Below, in pieces: positions 1 to 11,759 of a stretch of 44,964 nt of DNA. The notes beneath the pieces are model-generated. The model was not told the origin of the DNA, searched no databases, and worked only from the letters and a program-made list of their open reading frames with translations. The first letter of the stretch is position 1. Every line of letters begins with the position of its first letter. Origin of the DNA: Octopus bimaculoides (taxonomy: Eukaryota); assembly GCF_001194135.2 (NCBI RefSeq), contig NC_068981.1, positions 26,545,666-26,590,629 of the forward strand. Reading direction: 5' to 3'. Position numbers and translations under genes: made by a program.

Positions 1-262
1 TTATTATTAACTCGGAAAGGCTGAATGGCAATGTTGAAATCGGTTGATCTTGAACTCAGAACGCAAGGGACCGAATATATACCGCAAGGCATCTCATCTG
101 ATGCTCTGGCAACTCTGCCAATTCGCCATACACAAAACAGAATGATCAGTGATCTCTTTCTCCAATCATAGAATAATCGGGAGAGAGCGATGATTGTTCT
201 GTTTTTTTTCTTCTTTCTTCTTTTTTTGGGGTGGGTGGGGATGGGATATACAACGTAGTGTA

Positions 263-1414
263 CTAGGGCTGACTGAAAAGTTCACAGGCTGAGCATGATA
301 CTCTCATGGAACGTGACCAAATGTGGTTTACTTCTCAACGTACCCATCCCACTTGCGGTCCACACAATTTTTCCTTCAGTGTTACAGTGCTTCGATCCCA
401 TTGGTGAAGAAGCTGTTATCTTGTTGGTCAAAAAAGTCATCAACAACAGATACGACGTTATCAGCGCTGCCCCACAGCAGCCATCGAAACCAATGATTTG
501 TGTGCTGAAGCATTGTCCTGGTGAAACAAGATCTCTTTCGTCAGTTTTCCTGAGCGTTTGTTCTGATAAGCTTTCATAACTGCTCCAGCATTCATAGTGT
601 GGCCCTTTTGAAGATAGTCAATGAACACAATGCCTTTTACATTCGCCAAAAAATGACGTCATCACATTATCTACAGATGAAACTACATTGCCCTTCTTTG
701 GGGCAGGTGAGGAGAGGTGTTTCCGCTGCATGGATAGTCTCTTTGTCTCTGGCTCAAATTGATGGACCCAGCATGAATGCTGGGTTAGGAAACGTTCATG
801 GAAACCAACTGGATCTTCCTCAGACAATGTCGGATTTCCTCGTGATGTGTTCAGCCTAGTGCGCTTCTGATCACGTATCGGAAGATACGGCACCCACCGA
901 ACAGAAACTTTCATCATACCAAGGTCATTACACACAATATTCTCAACCCTCTCACGGGATATGCTAATAGCATTAGCAATTTGGTTTATAGTCAGTCGCC
1001 TGTCAGCCATCACGACGTGGTGAACACAATCAATGTTTTCATTGGTAGCGGCAATTGCAAGTCAACCAGATCTTGGGTCCTCTTTTCCTGCTAAATTCAT
1101 TTGCCCACTTTTGCGCTGTTGATGAAGCTAAAAGGTCATCCTCTAATGTAGCAACCATGTCTGCATAAATGTTGGGGACTAAGCCCTTTTTTTCTGCAGG
1201 TACTTGATAACACTACGATGCCAAATTTTGTTTATGTTTAAGAGTAGTCGTTACTAGTTAACTTTCGAAGTCTTCTCTGAACAGTGAGATGTCAATTTAC
1301 TTGGAAAGAAACAATACATTTATTAATAAGAAGGTTTGAAATTAATGCATGAAAATTTCACAGCTCTGGCATCACTCCTTCATAGTCAGCCTTTGAACTT
1401 TTCAGTCCACCTCC
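263..1414 (-). mobile_element. Decayed mariner (Tc1/mariner) transposon with TIRs and a broken transposase
   Basis: Left TIR TA|ctagggctgactgaaaagttcacaggctgagcatga matches the reverse complement of tcatagtcagcctttgaacttttcagtccacc (~1380-1411). Minus-strand fragments read RRLTINQIANAISISRERVENIVCNDLGMMKVSVRWVPYL (WVPxL motif), KGIVFIDYLQKGHT, ILFHQDNASAHKS and the C-terminal FFTNGIEAL..KNCVDRKWDGYVEK*. Frameshifts and stops are present and the YSPDLAP segment was not found. Confidence 0.92.
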
Positions 1415-2436
1415 ATTTCTAGCAGTAAATAATCCAATGAATCATTTTTTAAGAGAATAGGATGTCTTAATGAGGGAGATTTAACTGCTCTTCTAACGTA
1501 CTGGCTACACCATATGCTCGGTCCTGTGATGCTCCCTATTGTTTGTATAATACACATTCGAAACCACAGTAAATGGATAGCAGTTGTTTTCGACAATGAA
1601 TTTCAGCTATCAAATCAATTGAATTCATTGAAGTAGCACGAAAGTGATTGAGTATTCGACATAAACGTGAATCTGCCGGAAAATTACACCTTGTATAATT
1701 CTCAGGCAGATTCACTGTGAAGGGTTTAACCTTCAAATTTCTGGTACAATCTATCCGATAGGCTTCTACATAGTTTCCGTCCACCCAGTTTCATTCAAAA
1801 GGCATGAGTCAAACTGGTTAAGATAAAACACACTTGCCTAAGTCGCTGTGTGGTAGAATCGATCCAGGATTATGTGAATGTGAAGCAGACTGCAATCCGC
1901 TAAAGAGGAACAATATTCAAGGAGGACAAAAATCTATGGAGAAATGTGTTATTTAGTAGATTAGCAACGCGGTATCAGACTAGAGATGTAGATTAAATGA
2001 TGAATTAGTGAAATTCACGATTATATATTTCTTTTGTTTTTTTGTTTCTGACGAAAGACCCTGCGTTAATTTTCTGGCCTCAGACAAACATTTTGTGCTT
2101 ACTCTTTGCCGATGGAGACCATAAAGATTTTACCTCAAATTTTATTGTTTAACTTTTACATGTAGTTCGGTTTTGAATAGTTTAGAGTTCTTAAAATGAT
2201 ATGTAGATATAAAACCACAAGTCTATTACAGAAGGTAATAATATTGAAAGTTTTAGGCCTTTAGCAAGAGTGGGTGCGATACTTTTATTTAATTTGTACA
2301 ATGTCACAAGAANNNNNNNNNNNNNNNNNNNNNNNNNNNNNNNNNNNNNNNNNNNNNNNNNNNNNNNNNNNNNNNNNNNNNNNNNNNNNNNNNNNNNNNN
2401 NNNNNNNNNNNNNNNNNNNNNNNNNNNNNNNNNNNN

Positions 2437-2486
<50 letters not shown>

Positions 2487-2709
2487 CGTATGTATGTATG
2501 TATGTATGTATGTGTGTGTATATGTTTGTGTGTCTGTGTTTGTCTCTCCAACATCGCTTGTATCTATATATATATATACATACATACATATACATATAAA
2601 TAAATATGGGGGTAAAAATTGGATTGTGCTGGTTACCTAGTATTAAATTGATATTAATTAATAACCAATTTTTACCCTATTGTTTAATATAAATAAATAT
2701 GTATATATA

Positions 2710-2889
2710 CAAGGGTTACGGAATGGAGCAGATAAGATCCGGGATACATGTTTCATTTAATCAAGATATCCTCGGCCTGAAGAGTAGCCAGCGGTATACA
2801 CCTCGCCTGGATATTTACCACTTCTGAGGTTCCGCTCGCCGTGAAACATATGTATCCCAGGCGTTATCTTCTCCATTCCGTAACTCTTG
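2710..2889 (+). other. Long imperfect fold-back containing a hammerhead-like core
   Basis: Arms caagggttacggaatggagcagataagatccgggatacatgtttca (2710-2755) and tgaaacatatgtatcccaggcgttatcttctccattccgtaactcttg (2842-2889) are complementary. Internal CTGAAGA at 2777-2783, GAAA at 2843-2846, GTA at 2852-2854. Confidence 0.6.
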
Positions 2890-3104
2890 TATTCTTATTC
2901 GCACACCCAGTAACCATGGTCGCCTACCATGAAGTATAAAAAGAACTTTTTTCAGTTTATCATACTTCGATACGGAAAAAAATCCACAATCTTCCGTCTC
3001 AATAAGCCACTATTCTCTCTGAAAGTTGTTGTTTTTTTCATATTTACTACAGATTGCTTGAAGCTAACTTTCTTCCTACACCTCGATCCCTGCATCTTAC
3101 ATTG

Positions 3105-3137
<33 letters not shown>

Positions 3138-5789
3138 TATATATATATATGATATATATATATATATTGGCTAAACTGGCAATATGACCATCCCCAAGTA
3201 CAACAACATATATATANNNNNNNNNNNNNNNNNNNNNNNNNNNNNNNNNNNNNNNNNNNNNNNNNNNNNNNNNNNNNNNNNNNNNNNNNNNNNNNNNNNN
3301 NNNNNNNNNNNNNNNNNNNNNNNNNNNNNNNNNNNNNNNNNNNNNNNNNNNNNNNNNNNNNNNNNNNNNNNNNNNNNNNNNNNNNNNNNNNNNNNNNNNN
3401 NNNNNNNNNNNNNNNNNNNNNNNNNNNNNNNNNNNNNNNNNNNNNNNNNNNNNNNNNNNNNNNNNGAGACAAATTAAAATGGAATATTTAAAGACAGTTG
3501 AAAGAAACAATTATTGGTACTATAATGGAGATATTTTAAAGTACCTGATAATTGGAACAGACAGTAGCCAATTTTATGTCTATTTAAAACAATTATGTCC
3601 TAGTCTGTTCTTCAATACCAGTTAATAAATATTGTCGGATACTTAGAAAATCATCCGATATTTCGTGCTGGAATTGTTCTTAAAGAAAATTTATTACTAT
3701 TCTCTCAAGATTTATGTGTGAAAAATTATGTCTAATATATTTAAACATTAGTGAAATTTAATGGCTAAAATTAAGCTATGGAATGTGGATCCGGCTCACT
3801 GAATGACTCCATACTCTAAGGTACTTGAATTAATCAATACTGGCTTATCGATATCCAAGAAAGTGACAAGCATTCGTGATCTCTACGTAAATGATAAAAT
3901 TTCCTATTCCTCTTGGTTGAATTTCTATCGTTTTAGATTGTTAATGTTCTCCTTAAATCTCTATGGTAACATTTCAAAGGTACGTAGAAAAGATTCTATT
4001 AAATAATTTTTATTTATCCTTACTTAAAGAATTGTCTTATTTATATTGTTTAAAAGGATTGATAAAAAAAAGGAAATAATAAACTCCATCCGCATTCCCA
4101 TTTTCTTGAGGCAATTTCCAATTCGCTTCCAAGGAAGATAAAAATTAAATACGTCCCTTAAACAAAAAACCGTCATTTTGAAGTGATTAAGCCTACTGAC
4201 TAGAAGAGAGATATGAGAAAAGAAAAAGAAAAAGAAAAGCCCTAAAAAGAAATTATTTTTCTAAAAACACGAGCTACTCAAGCAAAGCGGAATCATAACC
4301 GGAACACGGACTTGACTGGAAAGATACAGAAATTTTATGAATATGTGGCGTCTTTAAAGAAATTAATTCCCACGAGAAATTGAGAAATAAATAAGGCACC
4401 AGAGAAACAAAGAAAACGAAATGTACGCTAAGAATGTTTCGGTTAACCGAGTCGATAACGTGTTGCAGATGAGTTGATGGTTCGGATTCCAGCACTGTTC
4501 CTTCTCTTTAGCAAAGACAGTTTACTTATCTCTAGTAAATTGGCGGTTATTTTTCATACGAATGGCGTTGTCTTAAAAATTAATATCCGTCCGTCAGTTA
4601 TCATGATAAATTTTACGTTGACTCGAATATATTGTATATCGAGGCAGTGATTTTCTTGTCTCTGATCTAACAAATACAGAGTAGACTATTTCACTGAAGA
4701 AAACCAACAAGATCGAAATGTATCAGGAATTTTCGTCCCTGCTTGCCTAGATCATATTAATGTAATCGTCATTGAATTAATGTTGTCTTTCCAATGCATA
4801 TTAATGAATTGGATTTTTTTAAAATTACTAATTACATTTTTACCTGACTATATTATGGGTGTTTATTAGCTTGGACGATAAAGGGGATTTCTTTCATTGC
4901 TTTCTCTCGATAACCTAGTATTCCGCAAAAATCGACAGCATCTCTTGAATTTTAAATTCTATCGAACACTTTCAATGATATAAAACTTTATAGAAACAAC
5001 GACCATGGCCATGTAATCAAAAAGTTCCCTTTGCAGCTACGTAGCTTCGAGCTCCATCATACAGCGTGTTACCATAGGCAATTGCTTTTATTATAACTTC
5101 AGACCAGACCAAATCTTGCGAATGAAATTAGATAGGAGAAAGGCCATCGGAGGAAATATAGTAGAATGAATTCGTCGCTCGATTTTCAACCTGGGTTGTG
5201 GGTTTCTTTAAAGAAATCTGCTATGTTGTAAGTGTTTGAACCAGTTCTTCGGTCTGACGGCTTCAAAACCATGTTGCTTTCACCATCACCGGCGTCGGAG
5301 ATCCTCGAAATGTCCAAAAAGGTATTGAACAACTGGCACCGAAAACTAACTGCACCTATACTATACGCAATATCTGGAATACATCTTATCTTTCTATGCT
5401 AATCAGTAACAGATTCAACTCCTTCTTCTATTCTTTTTTTGGTTTTATAACGCAGTAATTTCGATACATTGGTGGTAATCAACAATCAATATATACATTC
5501 AATAAGTTTGTTTTCTTTCTATTTACGTTGTTCTTGTAACTGCTGTCTTACTGTAGACTAGGACCTAATCGTGCAGATATATGATTAAGATACTACCATT
5601 CCATTTTTTAAAATTTATCCATTTATCTGTTTATCTATTCATTCATTTTTTTTATTCATTTATTTATTTATCATCATCATCATCTTCATCATCATCATCA
5701 TTATTATTATTATTTTGGTTTGGCTCAGGTTCCGTCTTATCCCTGATAGGATTTATGTGGGTAGCGAGTTACTATCTGAAACCTTAGGT

Positions 5790-6000
5790 TTTCACAAGTT
5801 TTCATTAGTCCTTTCAAATGCTTAGAACTCTCCTGATAATCCTTGCTGTCCCTAAGTGACAAACTTTCTGTAGAAGCTCTACCGGGCATTCTATTCTAAT
5901 CTCTTTCAGTCATTTTGCTATACCTTTAATTACTGTTCCCAAAGTACCAATTATTATAGGTATGACTTTCACTGTTCGCATGCTCCAAATTCTTCCTATT
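5790..6000 (-). mobile_element. 3' fragment of an R4/Dong-like (restriction-like endonuclease) non-LTR element
   Basis: Minus strand reads RIWSMRTVKVIPIIIGTLGTV..IECPVELLQKVCHLGTARIIRRVL, typical of the RLE C-terminus. It abuts (AAT)n-type repeats. Confidence 0.7.
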
Positions 6001-6084
6001 CCAAATATCATTATTATCATCATCATCATCATCATTATTATTATTAATATTAATATTATCATCATTATTATTATTATTATTATT

Positions 6085-6492
6085 ATTACATTATTTACAT
6101 TTGACGGATATTTGTCCTCATCTTGTTTGTTGTTAACGCAACGTTTCGGCTGATATACCCTCCAGCCTTCGTCAGGTGTCTTGGGGAAATTTTGAACCTG
6201 GGTTCTCATTCCTGGGTTCTCATTCATAATCGAACTCGGAATCTTGGGGTTAGTAGCTCGCGCTCTTAACCACTACGCCATATGCCCGTGGGCAATTATG
6301 GAGTGAATTTTAGGGTTTATAAATCTATTATTTTTCTATCCTTCCTCAATACCGGTTCCCATATGCTATTCATATCTGCACTCGGTCTGCTTAGGAGGTT
6401 GTTGTGTCCTAGCATATGTGCTGCTTCTTTTAGTTTTCGTATTTTCCAGGGTTGTTCCCTGTCTATTACTTTCGATTCACGGCAGTGACCTG

Positions 6493-6524
<32 letters not shown>

Positions 6525-6680
6525 AATAGTAACATCGTTAGGAATGAGAACCCAGGTTCAAAATTTCCCCAAGACACCTGACGAAGGCTGGAGGGTATAT
6601 CAGCCGAAACGTTGTGTTAACAACAAACAAGATGAGGACAAATATCCGTCAAATGTAAATAATGTAAATAATGTAAATAA
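6085..6680 (-). mobile_element. Penelope-like element fragment: GIY-YIG C-terminus flanked by inverted pseudo-LTRs
   Basis: Minus strand 6472-6317 encodes KVIDREQPWKIRKLKEAAHMLGHNNLLSRPSADMNSIWEPVLRKDRKIIDL*, resembling the PLE GIY-YIG tail (ILDRE..W.KRK.KEAIHI). About 130-bp inverted repeats at ~6085-6213 and ~6539-6668 each carry gacacCTGACGAaggctg..cagccGAAAcgtt. Confidence 0.8.
6231..6290 (-). promoter_or_regulatory. tRNA-like A/B-box head inside the Penelope-like repeat
   Basis: Minus strand GGGCATATGGCGTAGTGGTTAAGAGCGCGAGCTACTAACCCCAAGATTCCGAGTTCGATT has A-box TGGCGTAGTGG and B-box GAGTTCGATT. There is no 3' acceptor strand. Confidence 0.65.
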
Positions 6681-6714
6681 TTCCTCATCTCTTAAATATA
6701 GAACTGTATTATTA

Positions 6715-7116
6715 TTATTGTTCAGTAGTTTTATTTTTATAACGTGGTTTCACTTCACTACCGGGCGCAGCTCTGTGCGCCTTGGGTATGTGCTGTGGTT
6801 TGCTGTGATGCTCTTATGGTTACTGTATTGAAAGTGTTTTGCGTAGGATGTGTGCAGTGCCCAGTAGTGCAATTTTCTGTATGTTATATATATTTGTAAG
6901 TCCTGGTGTTTTTGTTATGCATTTGTCTGAATATTTTTCTATTATACCTAAGGCACCTACTATGATAGGAATTGTTTCTGTTTTTAGATTCCACATCCGA
7001 TTTACCTCTATTTCCAGCTCTTTGTATTTTGAAAGTTGCTCCATTTTTTTAGGGAAACGTTGTTATCTGCTGGTATTGATACATCAATTAGAAAGCATTT
7101 TTTTCCTTCATGATCC

Positions 7117-7117
<1 letters not shown>
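6715..7117 (-). mobile_element. 5'-truncated R4/Dong-like non-LTR retrotransposon (RLE domain) in an (AAT)n tract
   Basis: DHEGKKCFLIDVSIPADNNVSLKK, then a frameshift, then EQLSKYKELEIEVNRMWNLKTETIPIIVGALG..QKIALLGTAHILRKTLS. This is a PD-(D/E)xK-type endonuclease C-terminus. (AAT)n lies at the 5' side (7118-7155) and a short AAT run at the 3' side. Confidence 0.82.
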
Positions 7118-7155
<38 letters not shown>

Positions 7156-7974
7156 GGAACGCGGCAAACAGAGAGAACCATTGGCTCCAGCATTTCTTTC
7201 GACGCTTACCGAGATTTCTTCCGACACTTATCGTTCTCAGATAACATCCCACCGAGGTTAACTTTGCCTTTCATTCTTTCGTAATCCATAGAATAAGATA
7301 CCAGTGAAGTACTGGTGTCGATGTAATCGACTCACCCACTCTCTAAGATTGTTGGCTTTGCGCCAGAATTTTAAATAATTATTAAAGAAGGTGAGCTATC
7401 AAAATCGTTAGCATGCCGAACAAAATGCTAAGCGGCATTTCTTCCGGTTTGATATTCTGAGTTCAAATGCCGTCGAAGTCGACTATAAGTAGCAGTCGAG
7501 CACTGGAATCGATGTAAACAACAAGCTTCCTCTTGTAAAATTTCACAGCTTATACCGGCAATAGAAAGGATTATTATCATTATTATTAAGGTTAGGAACT
7601 AGAAGAATCACTAGAATGTATTTCTTGAGACTTACCTTTTGAAGATCAAATATTGGTTAGGGTGGCTTTGCTTTTTGTTCTTTGGGGGCCGATAAAACAT
7701 ATATCATGTAAGTAATAGGGCCGATATAATTCACTCACCTCCTCTCAAAATCTGCTGGCTTTGTGCCAAAATTTGAAATCAAGGCGGTGAGCTAACAGAA
7801 TCATTATTACGCCGAACCAAATGCATAGTGGAAATTCGTCCGTCTTTATATTCTGAGTCCAAATTCCGCCGAGGTCGACTTCGCCTTTCATTCTTTCGGA
7901 TTCGATGAAATAAGCACCAGCTGAGCAACGAAGTTGATGAAATTATCTAGTCCACCTCCCTCACAATTTCATTA

Positions 7975-7985
7975 TTATTATTATT

Positions 7986-8036
<51 letters not shown>

Positions 8037-8106
8037 ATTGTTGTTGCTGCTGTTATTATTATTATTGTTGTTGTTGTTGTTGTTGTTATTATCATCATTA
8101 TCATCA

Positions 8107-8152
<46 letters not shown>
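7975..8152. repeat. Compound microsatellite (ATT)n(GTT)n(ATT)n
   Basis: Directly visible. It explains the poly-C/Y/I and poly-L ORFs at 7934 and 7987. Confidence 0.95.
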
Positions 8153-8337
8153 TTCATCATCATTTGTCTGAGGTCCGCTTCTGACAATACCGTAAAAAGC
8201 AAGAAAACATTTAAAACAGAAGCGTTCATTTTAAAGTTTTGTTTGTATTTCTTGTATATTTTATCATTTACAATATATCTTTAAAATATTGTTTTTCGTT
8301 CTTTCTATCCCTTTCTTTTTCTAAATATCTGTTCCAG

Positions 8338-9446
8338 GTTATGGACAATTGGCACCGAAAAGCAAATGGGGTCGCGTGGCAACCATACTCTACGCCATAG
8401 TTGGAATACCTCTTACCTTCCTGTGCTTATCAATGATCGGTTCATCTCTGGCTAGTATTTTCAAGTTTATCTACAAGAATTTGTTCTACGCAATCTATCG
8501 CAAGTGGCTCCGCCTACGAACCTACGTAGACTCGGTGGAATCACTCAATTATCATTCAACGGTAGCAGCCGCCGAAGCAGTACCTGTAACGATAGCTGCT
8601 GCAGCTGCTGCAGTTGCAGAAATTGATAATAACGATGGCTACAACGAAAACAACCATAAAATAGTAACATTTGATATGCCAACGCTAACATGTCCAAATG
8701 ATATTTCAGATCATTCTACGCAGAAGCAATCAACCAATACTGACTCTAGTGAAAATGTCTGTGAAGACCTCTCTAAGGAAGTTGGTAATGGTGCTTTCTC
8801 GGCATATAAGCAAAGTGAGCAAGACAGGATAGAGAAACATTTCCTTCGACGCAGCAACAGCTACTTGCGTTCAATTCTCGGTGACGATGAACTTTTGGAA
8901 AGACAATTTTTATGTAAATGTAATGAAGATATTTCATTAGTACCTCCAACAATACAATGCAAAGACAGCTCAAAGATGGAACTCTGTGGAACTGGATCTA
9001 TGGAGCATATTACTCTGGAGTCTAAAGATGCTCTTTCTCCAATGGATGAAGCGAAACCAGTAACGGGGTTAATAGAGGAAACTGCAGATGAGTCATCGGA
9101 GGGCCATGAACATATTCGAGTGCCCGTGTCAGTTACTCTTTTAGTATTCGGGGCTTACATATGTATCGGGGCTTCTCTTTTTTCATTTTGGGAACAAGAA
9201 TGGGACTATTTTATTGGTTCGTATTTCTGTTTTATTACACTTAGTACGATTGGGCTGGGTGATTTTGTTCCAGGTTCGAGTGGTAATTCGTGGGCAAGTG
9301 AGGAGAAACAAGCCATTTGTTCACTTTATCTGTTGTTCGGTATGGCAATGACAGTTATGTGCTTGAAGCTAATGCAAGAAGAAATACGGTACCAGTTTTC
9401 AAATCTAGGCCGTAAAATAGGACTCATTGAGAATGACAACGACTGA
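8338..9446 (+). CDS. Terminal coding exon of a two-pore-domain K+ channel (K2P, TWIK/TWK-like)
   Basis: Acceptor tttctttttctaaatatctgttccag|GT TAT GGA (phase 1) completes the P1 GYG. It is followed by M2 WGRVATILYAIVGIPLTFLCL, a long cytosolic loop, M3 VPVSVTLLVFGAYICIGASLF, P2 YFCFITLSTIGLGDFVPG, M4 AICSLYLLFGMAMTVMCL and TGA at 9444-9446. Upstream exons were not identified in the window. Confidence 0.95.
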
Positions 9447-9890
9447 GAATCTTTAAAATTAATAATTGATTCACAGTATTACCTGCAACAAAATCTATAA
9501 AAACGACATTAAGCATATTTATATGATTGTCTTATATATGGATTAAAATATTGAAACTTCAAACACATAACTTTTTTATTGGGTTTTTTTCCATCTTCGG
9601 ATTGCAATGATAAGGGTGACAGACTGATGAAATCGGTTGAACAATGGACAAAATTAGTTTTAGAATATAGTCACGTCTCTTTACAGTCGATTATTTAATT
9701 TACCTTCTAATCCACGGTTCTTTCTGAGTATATTTATGGATTCGTGCCTATGCTTCACATTTATATTCAAATCAGATGACGTTGATGGTGAAACGGCAGA
9801 CTTAGAAACGTGCCTGTAGTATTGAGCAAATCCTGAGTTCAAATCCCGCCGACTACTTCATCTTCTATTTTCACGAGGAAGCTAGAATAG

Positions 9891-10284
9891 TACTCTCTTT
9901 ACTTGTTTCAGTCATTTGACTGTGGCCATGCTGGAGCACCGCCTTTAGTCGAGCAAATCGACCCCCAGGACTTATTCTTTGTAAGCCTAGTACTTATTCT
10001 ATTGGTCTCTTTGGCCGAACCGCTAAGTTACGGGGACGTAAGCACACCAGCATCGGTTGTCAAGCGATGTTGGGGGGGACAAACACAGACACACAAACAT
10101 ACACACACACATACATATATACGATGGGCTTCTTTCAGTTTCCGTCTACCAAATCCACTCACAAGGCTTTGGTCGGCCCAAGGCTATAGTAGAAGACACT
10201 TGCCCAAGGTGCCAAGCAGTGGGACTGAACCCGGAACCATGTGGTTGGCAAGCAAGCTACGTACCACACAGCCACTCCTGCGCC
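9891..10284 (-). mobile_element. tRNA-derived SINE, family A (other copies at 22965-23388 on - and 24077-24405 on +)
   Basis: Head GGCGCAGGAGTGGCTGTGTGGTA..GGTTCCGGGTTCAGTCCCAC, internal (TG)/(TA) tract, tail ..atgactgaaacaagtaaaagag. The three copies are highly similar. Confidence 0.85.
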
Positions 10285-11647
10285 TTGAAAATTCACTTAA
10301 AACATTACCACGTATTGATTCTAGCTGATGGGAGAATCCAAAGTTTCCGACAGTATTCTACTTTCAAAGCGAAACAATACAGAGACAAATAATAAAGACG
10401 TGACGTAGAAAGGTAAGTAGCAACCAAATATTGGAGCCAATATCTTAATCTCCATCCTCATACAAGGCGTAACGTTGTTATAAGTTAATATTTATACCAG
10501 AGCAGCAGGAAGGAGTAACAGAAGAGTGATATTTCGTTTCATTTCTTTCATCCAGAGATTAAACAATGCAGGGATCGATTCAGCTTTTCATTCCTCCAGG
10601 GTTAATAAATAAATCACGAGCAATATACAAAGGTTAATTAAATTGATTATAACTCACTGACAAAAGATTCATAACTTTGGGTCAAACGTAGAAATCAATA
10701 TTTTAATTACGATATTGCTCCGAAAGAGGTTGCCGTTTTAGCCCCCAGATCAACACGCATCGAGCGAACCTATAATTAATGGTATTCCAACCGTGACCTT
10801 TTCTCCTTTTTTAGAGAGTATCTAGGTCGGTGATTCTGAACCTTTTTTACCACTTGATCCCTTTGATTAGTGTTTTATTCTCGTGGACCTTCAAAGCCAT
10901 TCAATGTTTAAAAGCTATTTCTATAGCTACTTCTTACAAAATTCCTATTTTATTTTTGACACATTACCTTACATAGGTTGAACTATGCAAAACATTACAG
11001 AAAGAAACCCAGCTGTTTCTTGCAATAAATACATCTAAAGCAAAATTTTTTCATGGACCCTTAACCCTCTAAGTTCTGACCCCCTGAAACTTATTTTCCC
11101 ATACACATGGCACTCCACCAGTGCTACGGTAAAGAGCGGTGCTACAGTGTAGAGAAAAATAAGCTATCCACCGATAAACCGGTGTTGCGGGCTCAAAGTG
11201 TTAATATACTACTGTGTATCCCCAATTTACTATTTTGCTTGCGTGGACCCCAAAAATCTTATATGGACTCGCAGGGGTCACATGAACCTCGGTCAAGAAC
11301 CACTTCTCTAAGTGATCATTATCAAATGTTGTACTTACAATCATTATTTTTAATGCACTAAGGTGTGGTGTGAAAGAGATTTGGCAGCAATTTCTATTAG
11401 ATCGATCGAATGCATAGAGGCTCCCTCGGTCGTGATCACCTTTTTAAATCAGACATGTGCTGAATTTAAGGTGAGACACGGTAGGCATGGTAAAAGGAAG
11501 AAAAGTGCATCGAATTTTAAACACTACTTGAGGGAGATTTTGCCCACTAATTACCTGGATAATCGGTTGATTGACGTTTTCCAATATAGATCCTACTGTA
11601 TTTTAGTATAGAGAATGCTTACTTGAAGCATTTTCCCTCAGCATGCC

Positions 11648-11711
<64 letters not shown>

Positions 11712-11759
11712 ATATATATTCTTATTGAGAATAAGAGAAGAAAGGAAGGCATTTATCAC

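Noticed and set aside
2191-3510. ORFs through N gaps and (TA)/(CA)/(TATG) repeats, likewise 12135-12703, 35058-35846 and 40100-40759
   Set aside because: Artefacts of gaps and microsatellites.
4900-5330. Possible decayed CR1/L2 LINE fragment
   Set aside because: Only vague peptide resemblance with many stops; it cannot be supported without an alignment.
11480-11580. Minus-strand peptide IIQVISGQNLP resembling a phospholipase C C2 domain
   Set aside because: The match is short, lies inside a duplicated repeat-derived segment, and has no supporting neighbouring exons.
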